64,000 nt of DNA from Octopus sinensis (lineage: Eukaryota), in the NCBI RefSeq assembly GCF_006345805.1, contig NC_043000.1, forward strand, positions 125,612,001 through 125,676,000, in the 5' to 3' direction. The notes beneath the pieces were generated by a model. The model was not told the DNA's origin. It saw only the letters and a list, made by a program, of their open reading frames with translations, and did not search any database. Position numbers and translations under genes: made by a program. Shown here one piece after another: positions 1 to 12,418 of this stretch (positions within the stretch are counted from its first letter, which is position 1; each line of letters opens with the position of its first letter).

Positions 1-589
1 TAAATACCTTAACATCCACTCCAATCACCACAAATCCACTTTCGATAACATAATCAAAGGCATCTCAACCCGCATATCCGATTTCTCTTCACTGAGGAAA
101 TTTACAATAATCATGCACCATATTATAATCAAGCACTCGCCGCTTGCAGCTTTTCCCAACAAATAGAATACATCCATAACACCAGGCTCAAACAATACAT
201 ATCTCAAATCACATCCCAAACACGCACCAACCATCACGATCACAACCAACCACATACACTTGTCAATGGAACCCTAGAAGGTCTTATACCTAGGCAACCT
301 AGACCCCCACATATGTTCATATAACACTAGGTCAAAAAAGAAAACAACTAAAATAGGTAACAACAACAGGCTTCACCACCCACATACCTTCTCCAAGAAT
401 ATAGATAGCACTCCTTTATCTAAAAACTTAGATAGCACTACTCCCAGACCCCCTAAAAACAGCAGCGGATGCTCTATTCTATACCTAAATGGCCATACAG
501 TATATTTCCACAACATCCCTTAGGTAATCCTAATAACCTTATAAATCCCTAATTCCTCACTCATACTTGAGTATCACAAACATCTAATT

Positions 590-842
590 ATATTTGTGTG
601 TATACATGCGTGCATTCATATGTACGTGTATATGTATGTGTGTGTATGCCTGTATATATGTATGTATATATTTATGCAAGGTATGTATATCTGCATATAC
701 AGGGGCAATAATACATACAGATACACGTATATATGGGTGTGCATGTGTACATATACACATGAGTACGAGTTGTATATGTTGATATTGATATCTATAAATA
801 TCTGTATAGGTAAATAAATACATGTCTAATATATACATATAT
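590..842. repeat. Degenerate (TA/TG/CA)n microsatellite
   Basis: Alternating purine-pyrimidine low-complexity tract; source of spurious Y/I/C/V ORFs. Confidence 0.9.
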
Positions 843-1659
843 ATTTTCTTCTACTACTAAGCACTGACCTGTCCAACCACCTAATCTATATTCCTAAATT
901 CTTCATTCCATACTACTACCCCTCTCTCTGCCCCATCACTTAGACTGTATCACTACATAACTGACACTCCTTTACTTTTTATACCTCTCTCTATCATCCC
1001 ACATTTCTTCTATCTTTTTACACTCTAATACCTATCTCTCTCTATCACCCTCATCTCCCCATTCCTACTTTCAAATTATTTTGACTGGTCACTAACTGCT
1101 AAACTTTCCCTTATTATCTCTCTCCTTGTTTTTCTTTTTTTCCTTTTCTTTATTTCTCTCTTCCTGTTTTTTTCTCTTTATTCCTCTATTCTTCACATAA
1201 GGGACATTAGCCATTTGAATGTAGCTAGGGACAGGGCAGGGCGGTGGGGGTGTTACTGATGCATTTAGCCCCAGGCGATCATCAACGTCACCAGATAGGC
1301 TGACACCATCACGGTGTCCTCTATCCTGCAAAGGGAGATCATTCCCCGAAGAAGCGGATGCCACATACGGACCCAGGTTTCAGACCTTACAAATACATTC
1401 CCTACTTTTAGGTCACTCTAAATAAAACCCTTGATTTAATAGCATTGTGTACAAACTCTATACTTGGAATGACCAATTTTAGATACTATTGGATTTTACT
1501 CACAAGGCATTTGAATCTTATATGTATACCATTCTGCTTAAATAATAGATCTACAAATGTAATATCCCTGCATATCTCACATCTATTTTCTTTCCTTCAC
1601 TTCACTTTCTATTTTGTATCTTATCTAAATTAACTATTGCTTAACCATCTTCTCACACC

Positions 1660-1707
1660 GTCTCCGATGAAGGGATATAATAAATATCCTGGAAACAGCA
1701 GTAAGAC
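1660..1707 (+). ncRNA. Minimal type I hammerhead ribozyme motif (PLE-type), probably decayed
   Basis: Stem I GTCT/AGAC; core CCGATGA (variant of CUGANGA); stem II GGGATAT..ATATCCT; GAAA; short stem III AC-AGCA-GT; cleavage triplet GTA. Confidence 0.65.
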
Positions 1708-1769
1708 CTATTTATAAATATTCTAAAATCTTCACAGCCTTGGTTTTTTATCTTATTCTGAAAAAAAAT

Positions 1770-1805
1770 TATATATACATATATATGTATATGTATGTAT
1801 GCATA

Positions 1806-1853
<48 letters not shown>

Positions 1854-1879
1854 TATATATAATTATATATATATATATC
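1770..1879. repeat. (TA)n/(TG)n compound microsatellite
   Basis: Direct reading. Confidence 0.95.
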
Positions 1880-3198
1880 AAAATTAATAAAAACATCTGT
1901 TTGCAATGTTATGCCATAAAAGAAAAGTATAGTCATTAAGGAAACTTGACTAAGGGTGTGAATAACACCTACATTGCTAGCAATAGAAGCTAAAATGCTA
2001 CAATGTTGAGACAAAGCACACAACGGGTATATGTTATGTACTTTATAACTACATTGCAACATTTTAGCTCCTATTTCTTGTAGTGTAGGTGTTATTCACA
2101 CCCTCTGTCAGCATTAGTTGACAACTTCTTGAGACTGACATACATTGTCAGTTTTTTGCCAGATAGGTAAATCTAATAACACAATTTAATCATGGTGTTA
2201 TTCAGTATATGAATGTATTCTGTGAATCAACACCTTCACGTCACAATCGTCATAATTCTAGTTGTAACTAATATCTATGTCGTCATTTTTGAGATGATCT
2301 AATGTTGAACGCTGAGAAGAAATGTTAAGTCTTCCATCCCTGACAAGTTATACTTACCAGTTGTCTGTACAGTCTGGCATGTTTTGTTTAGTTAGAAGAG
2401 GCGATGTGTAGCTGTGACTGTTCCTGTATATTCTGACATGCTTTGGTCACTGGTGTGAATTGCTATGCAGCTGTCAAAGTATATCTGTCATGATATTTGC
2501 CTGGTTTGTATGATTACAGTCTCAGGTGATAGCTGAATCAGACATGTACAAGGAGAATTGTATCAGTATGTTTATGGTAGATTTGGTTCCTTGGGAGTCA
2601 CCCATCCTTGTTGTCAATCGAACTATTTTCTAGTTTCAGAGATTTGATTACCTGTATTTATTGATGTTTTGACAGTTGTTGCCATTCTCTTAGACATCCC
2701 TTAACATGGTAATCATTCTTTGTTATCATAACTGCTTCATGTGTGTTAAAAAGTTCTATTTTATGAATTGAAGCAGAAAACTTCAGGAGCAATAAGAATG
2801 GAAAATGTGAGGCTGGTAAGGCATGTCAAAATTTCGAGCACTTAAGTCTATGAAATTATTTACTGTTTACAAAAATAATTAAATTTCCTCTCTTACTACA
2901 AAATTCTATAATGGCTTATTTCAGGGAATCTGTTTCTAATGTTTAGAGAACAGTAATTAATAATTAATAAAAGAAAGCTGATTCCGTTAATGAAATATGA
3001 TAGTTTTGTTTGTCTGTTTTTAAGTCCATTTAATGAACCTCAGTAACAAACTAGTTAAAACATTTAAAGTTTCAGTTAAAGATTGGTAATCAAAAAATTG
3101 TGACTGGGATAAATTAGCAAATGATGTGATCAATATTTTTTCTAGAAATGATTCCACTTATAAGTTGTGACTATGTTTCATATATTGATGTCACTAAG

Positions 3199-3778
3199 GC
3201 GGTGAGCTGGCAGAAACGTTAGCACGCCAGGTGAAATGCTTAGTGGTATTTTGTCTGCCATTATGTTCTGAGTTCAAATTCCGCCGAGGTCGACTTTGCC
3301 TTTCATCCTTTCAGGGTCGATTAAATAAGTACCAGTTACGCTCTGGGGTTGATATAACCGACTTAATCTGTTTGTCTGTCCTTGTTTGTCCTCTCTGTGT
3401 TTAGCCCCTTGTGGGTAGTAAAGAAATAGGTATTTCATTTACCGCTACGTTCTGAGTTCAAATTCCGCCGAGGTCAAATTTGCCTTTCATCCTTTTGGGG
3501 TCAATTAGATAAGTATCAGTTACGCACTTATAATCGACTTAATCCGTTTGTCTGTCCTTGTTTGTCCCCTCTGTGTTTAGTCCCTTGTGGGTAGTAAAGA
3601 AATAGGTATTTCATCCATCTTTACATCCTGGGTTCAAATTCTGCCAAGTTCAACTTTGCTTTTCATCCTTTGGGGTGGGAGGTCAATAAATTAAGTACCA
3701 GTTGCATACTGGGTTGATCTAATCGACTGGCTTCCCCCTCCCCCAAAATTTCAGGCCTTGTGCCTAGAGTAGAAACGA
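3199..3778 (+). mobile_element. tRNA-related SINE (family A, GGCGGTGAGCTGGCAGA head) with three tandem body units, flanked by a 17-bp TSD
   Basis: Unit GTTCAAATTCCGCCGAGGTCGACTTTGCCTTTCATCCTTTCGGGGTCGAT..AAGTACCAG occurs three times. ATATTGATGTCACTAAG at 3182-3198 and again at 3779-3795. Confidence 0.88.
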
Positions 3779-4106
3779 ATATTGATGTCACTAAGCACAG
3801 CATTAGTTTTTATCATTGTTTTCATAGATATTTTCTGCTCTCATATAACAGGAATTGTAAAGAGCAAAAATGTTTCATATGATTTATTAAATTTTGTTTA
3901 TAAATTCTAATTTGGAAATTGAGAGTTATAATGAAAACTTACACTGAAGTTTGTTTGCATAACATGGAAACATTAATATTGATCAGTGCACTAGGTTTAA
4001 ATTCTGTCAGGGACAGCTTTGACCCATAAGGGAATTGTTAGTAAAAATAGAGCTGTCAATTCAAGTGTCTTGTTAAAATATAATTCCTTGTGAATTAAAG
4101 CAATAA

Positions 4107-4320
4107 TTGGTTTCAGAATTTGGCACAAGGCCAGCAAACGTAGGGGTTGAGGTTAGTCAATTACATCAACCCCAGTGTCCAATTGGTACTTATTTTATCA
4201 ATCCTGAAAGGATGAAAGGCAAAGCTGACCTCGGCGGAATTGAAATTCAGGACGTAAAGACTGACAAAATAGTGTTAAGCATTTTTCCTGGCATGCTAAC
4301 AATTCTGTTAGCTCGCCAAC
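4107..4320 (-). mobile_element. SINE family A copy
   Basis: Reverse complement of the family A body (GAAAGGATGAAAGGCAAAG..GACCTCGGCGGAATT) and head. Confidence 0.8.
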
Positions 4321-5974
4321 TTAAAACAATAATTAAGGTTATATTTCATTCTGAAAACGAACTTCAAGAGAATCTAAATCTTCTCTAGGTTCCTTTGTTT
4401 AATAAAAGACTTGCCCAATGATATGGCAATGACAACACAAGCAATACATAATGGCTATTGCCTTCCTGTAATTAAGCTAAACATTTGTTAATGACAGAAA
4501 TTATTATAACACTTTATTAGCTTGTAAATGGCTCTTATTTTCTTCATGACAGATTTTACCAATAGATATGAATCTTTCATTTAAAACAGTCATTTTACAA
4601 CTTTCTTTTGTCGTACACCTCACTTCACCCACCCATCCCAAAAAATGTCTACCTCACTATGAACAGATAAAATCAGTACATGGCATGTATGTGTGTGTAA
4701 AAAACAAATTTTAATTAAAGCTATTGCAATTTGAATTCATTTCTTACTTATCTATGCTTTGCTCTGAAGTAACCCAGGCCCTACCAAAATATTGCCAAAC
4801 CCCACCAGTGGAGCATATGCTCAACTCTCTAATTTAAATGTTGATGTCCAGAGAAACCCTGTAGTTGTTACATATAAATTTTTCCAGTCAAGTATACATG
4901 CTAACACATCTACAATCTATTATTGTACCTCTAAATATTCACATGGAAGTCAGCAGACCTGATCACAGAGTGGAGGTAAATGTTGATGCAGACTCTTGCA
5001 ACAGCCGACTCGATTCTGAGACAGAGCGAGAATGAAGTGAAGACAAGGATTACCATGGTTCTTCTTAAAGCAGGGGTGGGTGGGGTGTTTTTTTTTTATT
5101 GTTGATTGTTAATAAGGAAAATCTGTTGCTATGCATTCTGCATTGTTGTGAATCAATCTGATAAGGGAAAATATTTGAATAGCAGCAATATGGGTAAAGA
5201 GAAATGAGATCATTTAGTGATGCATGGAGTTCAGGAGTATGGCTACAATGAATATGAAACAACATCGTCTGATTTGTTTATTTTGTGCTGTTTGCAGATG
5301 AGAATCTCAATTTGAACTGTGGTTCTGTGTTAATACTATTCACCGTTTCCATTTATTCCTCTTCATTTTCTATTTTCAAATACAAACTATGAAGAGATTT
5401 TTCTTCTTTTTCATTTTCTTTTTCTTTTTTTCTTTTTTTCTTCATAATTTTTTTTTTTCCTTTTTTGTGTGTGTTTTCCATTTCAAACAAAAACTTCAAT
5501 TATCATACTCAAATCCCCTTGTATTCATAATCCTTTTCAAGAAAAGTAAATTATGCAAATTAAATACTAGAGCAGACTAAATGTTTTATGAAACTACTCA
5601 AGTCAAACATCCACTGTTATTTCCAACAACATTTACTCCTGTTCTCCGAAGAATAAATTACTTCACTTGCAATATTCCAAAGCCAGCTGCTGTTTGTAGT
5701 CTAAAATATGTCTGATATTTATTTTCACCAAAGATATTTGGGATAAATATTCCTCTGGTTGTCAATAACTGAGATCATATCAAAAATGTTCTTTATTCAA
5801 TATGTGTTGATAGTATTTTGTAGGATAGTAATTTAGTTCCATTGGAACTGATGGAAATTTTAGTCCTATAGGTAGCTATTGGTATTGATTAGATCCAGAT
5901 CATCCTCAGCTGAGCAGATCTATGATCAATGATGTTCCAGGCATGACTACTAATTTTTTTTTTTTGTTTTACTC

Positions 5975-6143
5975 TTATACAACAAGCTTCTTTCAGTTTC
6001 CATCTACCAAATCCATTCACAAGGCTTTGGTCAGCCCAAGGCTATAATAGAAGGCTCTTGCCCAAGGTGCCACACAGTGGGACTGAACCCAGAACTATGT
6101 GGCTGGTAATTAAGTTACTTAGCACACAGCCACTCCTGTGCCT
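5975..6143 (-). mobile_element. SINE family B (tRNA head + CORE-like ACCTTGGGCAAG) 5' part
   Basis: CTTCTTTCAGTTTCCATCTACCAAATCCA..CACAAGGCTTTGGTC..CCCAAGGTGCCACACAGTGGGACTGAACCC, shared with more than 10 other copies in the window. Confidence 0.82.
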
Positions 6144-6669
6144 ATGTTTTGTTTATAAAGGACTAAATTATCTGTGTTGTTTGATTTTATTTTTTAATAG
6201 TAGGATTTTATATGAGTGAGATTTGGCTGTTATTTTTATCTCGTGCCTGGAAATGGGGAAAAGATGTGGCACTGACCAGCAATCTGACCCCATAAAACAG
6301 GAACAGAAACAATGAAAAAGAGCCACCTGCAAAACCTCTAGGAATAAGATGGCAGTGGATTCTATCAAACAATGATAGACTCTAATGAATGTTCAAATGG
6401 AAGTTAGGGTCTCAAAATGCCCAATTCTGAGCACCAAAAATGTAATGAAGCTAGGTACAGGGAACTGAAAAGCAGTGTATCAAAGTAGGAATGTGGAACA
6501 CCTCATGAGAGAATCTAAGAAGTAACAAACATAGTATCTAGTGAGGTGAGAAAGACTAGAAAAAGAAAACTATGCAAAGATGGGAAAAGAACCTTTTACT
6601 TTGTATTAGCTAAAGTTATCCTTTATTCTGATTCACATTGAACATCCGTTATTATCATGTTCCTTCAAT

Positions 6670-7152
6670 TCCTTATTTCTTTATTACTCACAAGGGACTA
6701 AACATTGAGGGGACAGACAAAGGGATTAAGTCGATTACATCAACTCTAGTGAGTAACTGGTACTTAATTTATCAACCCCAAAAGTTGACCTCGGCGGAAT
6801 TTGAACTCAGAATGTAACGGCAGACGAAATACATATTTCTTTACTACCCTCAAGGGGCTAAACACAGAGGGGACAAACGGATTAAGTCGATTATATCGAC
6901 CCCAGTGCATAACTGGTACTTAAATTTATCGACCCCGAAAGGATGAAAGGCAAAGTCGACCTCGGCGGAATTTGAACTCAGAACGTAATGGCAGATGAAA
7001 TACGGCTACGCATTTCGCCCGGCGTGCTAACGTTTCTGCCAGCTCGCCGCCCTTGCCAGCTCGCCGGAATTTGAACTCAGAACGTAATGGCAGACGAAAT
7101 ACAGCTAAGCATTTCGCCTGGCATGCTAACGTTTCTGCCAGCTCTCCGCCTT
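6670..7152 (-). mobile_element. SINE family A multimer with duplicated head
   Basis: Several GGAATTTGAACTCAGAACGTAA units and two heads (TTTCTGCCAGCTC.CCGCC at about 7050 and 7150). Confidence 0.82.
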
Positions 7153-8387
7153 CGATTCCTGTCAACCCTTTACAACCTTTTTCCAACGTCATGCATGTAT
7201 CTTTTTCTATGGAGAAAAGATAGTTTTATAATTCAACAGTTGTCTTTGTTTCCATTTGAGGAGAGGGTGTTATGGTTGGGATTTGTTAATCATATATTTA
7301 ATTTGATGAGATCTCTAATTATATATGAGAAAGAAAAAAAATACTTTATACGGCTAGTGGAAGTTGTCTTTTAATTTAGTATTTTCTACAGTTCCCATAT
7401 CATTTAGAGGAAATAATTAAATTCATAGAAAGTGTTCCTTAGATAATTTGATAATTTTGTTTTTACACCCTATGCAACAATTCCCATGTATTTTGCCAAA
7501 ATTCAATTTCTCTTGGAAAATAAATGCTGTATATTTCTCAACACACGAATGTGTTTCTCTAAATGTGATCTATTATTGTCTTTTTTATCACATTTAATAT
7601 TGTTTCTGATATCATTATTGTGTTATATAATTGTCATATGGTTTATGTAATGTTTTCACTCCAAATTCAAATACCGTTTCCTTCACATGTGCATGCACAT
7701 AAATGCAAATACCCACATACACAGAAATGATATAAGTACTACTTATCCATATAGTAGCTTGCAGTAAAACATGCACATGCATATCTGCAATAAAACATGT
7801 ACGTGCAACTCATACATTTCTGTATGTATCTGTGTGTAACTGTATGCACTTATGTTCAAACTTGAGCATACATATGAACGTGCATGTATGCACATGTGCT
7901 CTGCTGCTCACATGTTGGTGCATGCACATGTGTGTACACATATGCAATTATTCTCATTTTAACTCTTGCATTTAAGCATGTACAACTTCTATTGCCTGTT
8001 AAAAAGTTGCCTCTAAACGGTTTTAATACATATATTCACATGAACTATTTAGTTGATTAATGATATTTTCTTTACAAGATGTAACTTGCAATAAAAAAGA
8101 AAATCTTAAAAAAGAAAGAAAGAAAGGAAGAAAGAAAGACAAGTGCAGCATCCTTTTTTTTATATACACTTACAATGTCTGGATGCTATCATTTAATATA
8201 TTAACTACTATACTGGCTTTAGCTGTACTGAATGTTAGTATTAAGTGTGTAAATCTTAAGAGACAGAGAGAGAGGAGAGATAGCAATAGTTGGATGTCTG
8301 GCAGAGCTTTGCTGAACGTATTGAACCAAATTCTTCATTGCATTAATGTACTTGGTTGTCCAGCTTGAATATGTTGAATATTAAAAT

Positions 8388-8393
<6 letters not shown>

Positions 8394-8432
<39 letters not shown>

Positions 8433-8712
8433 ACGCGCGCGTGTGTATATATATTATATATATATACACATATATATATATATATATACACATACATATA
8501 TATATATATAATACATACATATTATATATATATATATACATACATATATATATATATATATACACATACATATATAACATATACACATATATATATACAT
8601 ATATATACATATATATACATATACATATATATATACATATATACATATACATATATATATACATATATATATATACATATATATATATACACATTTGTAT
8701 ACACACACACAC
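8394..8712. repeat. Large (TG)n/(TA)n/(CA)n compound microsatellite
   Basis: Direct reading; it forms the spurious N-terminus of track ORF 8393..9196. Confidence 0.95.
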
Positions 8713-10351
8713 AGCTAAGGCAATTAGAAGCATGAAGACAGGAAAAGCCCCAGGCCCATCAGGAATCACTGCAGAGATGCTCAAAATGTCTGGTAGTGTC
8801 GGCTATAGCCTAGTCACCCGTATAGTTAATCAGGTGATACACAAAGAAGTCATACCCAATGACTGGTGTAGCAGTATAATAGTCAACTGCTACAAAGGTA
8901 AAGGTGATGCCCTAGATACAAATAACTACAGAGGTACCAAGCTGTTGGATCAGGTGATGAAGGTTACGGAGAGGGTCATAGCCCAACTAATTAGAGAGAG
9001 AGTTAGTTTAGATGAGATGCAGTTCGGGTTTGTGTCAGGGAAAAGTACTACTGATGCTATATTCCTGGTAAGGCAGCTGCAGGAGAAATACCTAGCCAAA
9101 GATAAGCCCCTGTACCTGGCTTTTGTTGACATGGAGAAAGCCTTCGACAGGGTCCCCGATCCCTTATCTGGTGGCAATGAGGAAAAACAGGGATAGATGA
9201 ATGGTTAGTGAGAGCTGTGCGGGCCATGTATAGGGACGCTGCTAGTAGGGTGAGGGTTGGAAATGAGTACAGTGAAGAATTCCGGGTAGAGGTAGGGGTC
9301 CACCAAGGCTCAGTACTCAGCCCCCTCCTATTTATCATAGTCCTCCAGGCAATAACGGAGGAATTCAAGACAGGATGCCCTTGGGAGCTCCTCTATGCTG
9401 ATGACCTTGCTCTAATTGCTGAGTCGCTATCAGAACTGGAGGAGAAGTTTCAGGTGTGGAAACAAGGATTAGAATCGAAGGGCCTCAGAGTCAATCTAGC
9501 TAAAACCAAAGTCGTAATCAGTAGGAATGTAGACAAATCACAAACACTTCAGGTAGATGGCCCTGCTCGATCTGTAGAAAAGTGTAGGTAGAAACTCTAT
9601 AAGATGCACCAAGTGTAAGCTATGGACACATAAGAGATGCAGCAATGTCAAAGGAAGGCTAACTAGGAAGATGGTTTTTGTATGTGGCAGATGCTCAGGA
9701 ACAATAAACACTGAAAATGCTCTGAGACCAACTTCCGTCACTTTCCAGGGAGAAAAACTAGAAATAGTTGATAGTTTCCGTTACCTAGGTGACCAAGTTA
9801 GTAGCAGCGGGGGCAGGTGTGCTGAAAGTGTAACTGCTAGAGTAAGAATAGCTTGGGCAAAGTTCAGAGAGCTCTTACCTCTGCTGGTGACAAAAGGCCT
9901 CTCGCACAGAGTGAAAGGCAGACTGTATGATGCGTGTGTACGAACAGCCATGCTACATGGCAGTGAAACATGGGCCGTGACTGCTGAGGATATGCGTAAG
10001 CTCGCTAGAAATGAAGCCAGTATGCTCCGATGGATGTGTAATGCCGGTACTCACACTCGGCAGAGTGTAAGTACCTTGAGAGAAAAAAGCTGGACCTAAG
10101 AAGCATCAGTTGTGGTGTGCAGAGAGACGTTTGCGCTGGTATGGTCATGTGGCGAGAATGGATGAAGATAGTTGTGTGAAAAAGTGCCACCACCTAGCGG
10201 TTGAGGGAACCTGTGGAAGAGGCAGACCCAGGAAAACTGGGACGAGGTGGTGAAGCACGACCTTCGAACTTTAGGTCTCACTGAGGAAATGACTAGAGAC
10301 CGAGACCTCTGGAAGTGTGCTGTGCGCGAGAAGACCCGGCAGGACAAGTGA
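8713..10351 (+). pseudogene. RTE ORF2 reverse transcriptase fragment, frameshifted
   Basis: Split over track ORFs 8393..9196, 9208..9591, 9671..10099 and further frames; several frameshifts; probable stop TGA at 10349-51. Confidence 0.9.
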
Positions 10352-10953
10352 GTCCACAACCCGTGCCTTCTACATGGGATGGAGCCAGCCTACGTATGCA
10401 TACCTTCCCTTCTTGGGACACAAAACTCTACTTGTGTGAAGACGTGTTGAGGCAAGTGAGGATCAGAATCGAAATCGATCAATGGAAATTGCGGATGTGC
10501 TACCAGTGCCGGTGGCATGTCGAAACTCTGCTTGTGAAGACCCATTGAGGCAAGTGAGGATCAGAATGGAATCGATCAATGGAAATTGCAGATGTGTTAC
10601 CAGTGCCGGTGGCATGTAAGAGAACTTTCCGTTTCGCGACCGTTGCCCCAGCACCGCCCCGTTTCGTGTCCGTTGCCAGCCTCGCCTGGCCCTCGTGCCG
10701 GTGGCACATAAAAAGCACCATCCGTTCGTGGCCGTTTGCCAGCTCTGTCTGGCACCAGTGCGGGTGGCACGTAAAAAGCACCCACTACACTCACGGAGTG
10801 GTTGGCGTTAGGAAGGGCATCCAGCCGTAGAAACACTGCCAGATTTGACTGGGCCTGATGAAGCCTTCTGGCTTCACAGACCCCAGTAGAACTGTCCAAC
10901 CCATGCTAGCATGGAAAACGGACGCTAAATGATGATGATGATGATGATGATGA
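8713..10953 (+). mobile_element. 5'-truncated RTE-clade LINE with 3' UTR and (TGA)n tail
   Basis: RT motifs [71 protein letters not shown] and GRGRPRKTW; the 3' end is CCATGCTAGCATGGAAAACGGACG..(TGA)n. Confidence 0.95.
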
Positions 10954-11656
10954 CATATATACACACACACACACATATATATATGCATACATGTATATAG
11001 ATACATATATACATATATAGTGTAGGTGCAGTATGACCAGATAGCTAAGAAGTTCATGTTTCAAAGAAGTCCATGGTCCAGGGTTCAATTCCATTTGGTA
11101 GCTTCTTCAGGAAGCATCTTTTACCATAAATGCTGGTTGGCCCAAGCCTTGTAAGTGAAATTGCATCAGCAGAAACTATGAGGAAGCTTGTCAGATGGAT
11201 TGTACACAAAATTCAAAGGTTTAGTCTTGTTACACTGTGTTGTGCTGTTTCTACTTGAGAATTACATTAAGAGTAAACATGTCTGTGGAATACTCAGCCA
11301 CTTACATGGTGGTTTATTGAGTTTGATTGATCATTTGATCAAACAACTAAAAATTCAAGGCCAGTAGTTCTGATTGAGATCCATATATACATGACAGGTT
11401 ACATGTATCTTCAGCTATCGCACTGCCTCTTACCATCCAGAATTTAGAACTATGTTTAACCATTTAACTATTGCATTTCTGTTATGGCATGGACAGCCAC
11501 AATAAAGTTAAGGGTGCTAAGAAATGATACTTCACAAAACACATTCCTGCTTGTTGAATTCCTTGCTGAATCTTATCTAACAGGTAGCATCTCTGCATGT
11601 GGCTTACATTGTTCCCACAAACCCATCTGACCTAGTTTTGTTTGCAACTAGTGAAT

Positions 11657-11912
11657 GCACATGGCTCAGTGGTTAGAGCATTGGGCTCATAATCATGAGG
11701 TTGTGAGTTCGATTCTTGAACTGGGCTCTGTGTTATTTTCTTGAGCAAGACACTTTATTTCACATTACTTCAGTTCACTCAGCTGTAGAAATGAGTTGTA
11801 ATGCATGGGCAACTGCTAGTCTTCCATAAACAATCTTGCCAGACTTGTGCCTCATAGGGGAACTTTCTAGATGCATCCCATGGTCATTCATGACCATAGG
11901 GATTTACCCCTT
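11657..11912 (+). mobile_element. tRNA-derived SINE (family C) with CORE-like TTCTTGAGCAAGACACTT segment
   Basis: A box TGGCTCAGTGGTTAGAGC and B box GAGTTCGATTC, then a non-tRNA body. Related pieces at about 24330-24490, 36385-36630 and 54240-54620. Confidence 0.75.
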
Positions 11913-12205
11913 TTTTAGCTGACTACAATATGTGATACCCTGTTAAAGTTTTTCTTTAGGTCAGTCTATGAAAAATATAGCATCTTGCCCTTATCTAAGA
12001 AAAACTGTGATTCTCTCTCCAGAAATAGTTTCCTAATAATTCTTCATTTTATGACAAATATAGTGGGCCACTATCATTCCACATACACCTTTCCTCAATA
12101 CTGCTTTAATTCACTTTGATGTTCTGCTTTACAAACCTCAACACCTTACATCTCTTTTCTATTCATCACAGAATATTGGTAAATTGAAACTTAGTTTCAG
12201 TTTAA

Positions 12206-12418
12206 CCCATTAGCATTCAGATTACTCTGTCAAACGTGTTGCTTATTTTTTCATATTGTTTTGAATTGACCATGCATTGCCTTGTAGCTCTGAGATTTTG
12301 ATGATGTGATTGATTATTTGTCGAATGATATTGTAGGGTAGGTGTAAGATCTGGCCAGTTTAAATATAAAACAGGTAGAATATTTGGGCCTTATATGGCT
12401 GGTTTTAGTGCCAATGGG
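12206..12418. mobile_element. Non-autonomous TTAA-target (piggyBac-type) MITE, 213 bp
   Basis: TTAA-CCCATTAGCA ... TGCCAATGGG-TTAA. A second copy in opposite orientation lies at 49777-49992. Confidence 0.82.

Larger units (their letters stand above)
1..1768 (+). mobile_element. Degenerate Penelope-like retroelement (PLE) remnant, truncated by the window start
   Basis: Bases 2-170 translate with one frameshift to KYLNIHSNHHKSTFDNIIKGISTRISDFSS / TEEIYNNHAPYYNQALAACSFSQQIEY, matching the PLE RT C-terminal YxxxxSNHP...IxxRxSxxSS.EEIF....PxYxxAL pattern. A hammerhead motif lies at 1660-1707 and an A-run at 1761-68. Internal boundaries uncertain; interrupted by a microsatellite. Confidence 0.65.

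Noticed and set aside
8393-8712. N-terminal half of the 267-aa ORF and overlapping Y/I/C/V-rich ORFs
   Set aside because: Translation of a (TG)/(TA) microsatellite that happens to be in frame with the LINE RT.
10497-10790. Repeat-spacer pattern (GCCGGTGGCACGTAAAAAGCACC) resembling a CRISPR array; also at 33110-33270, 33650-33810 and 52260-52560
   Set aside because: It lies in the 3' UTR of a eukaryotic RTE LINE; repeats are degenerate, spacers are related to one another, and there are no cas genes.
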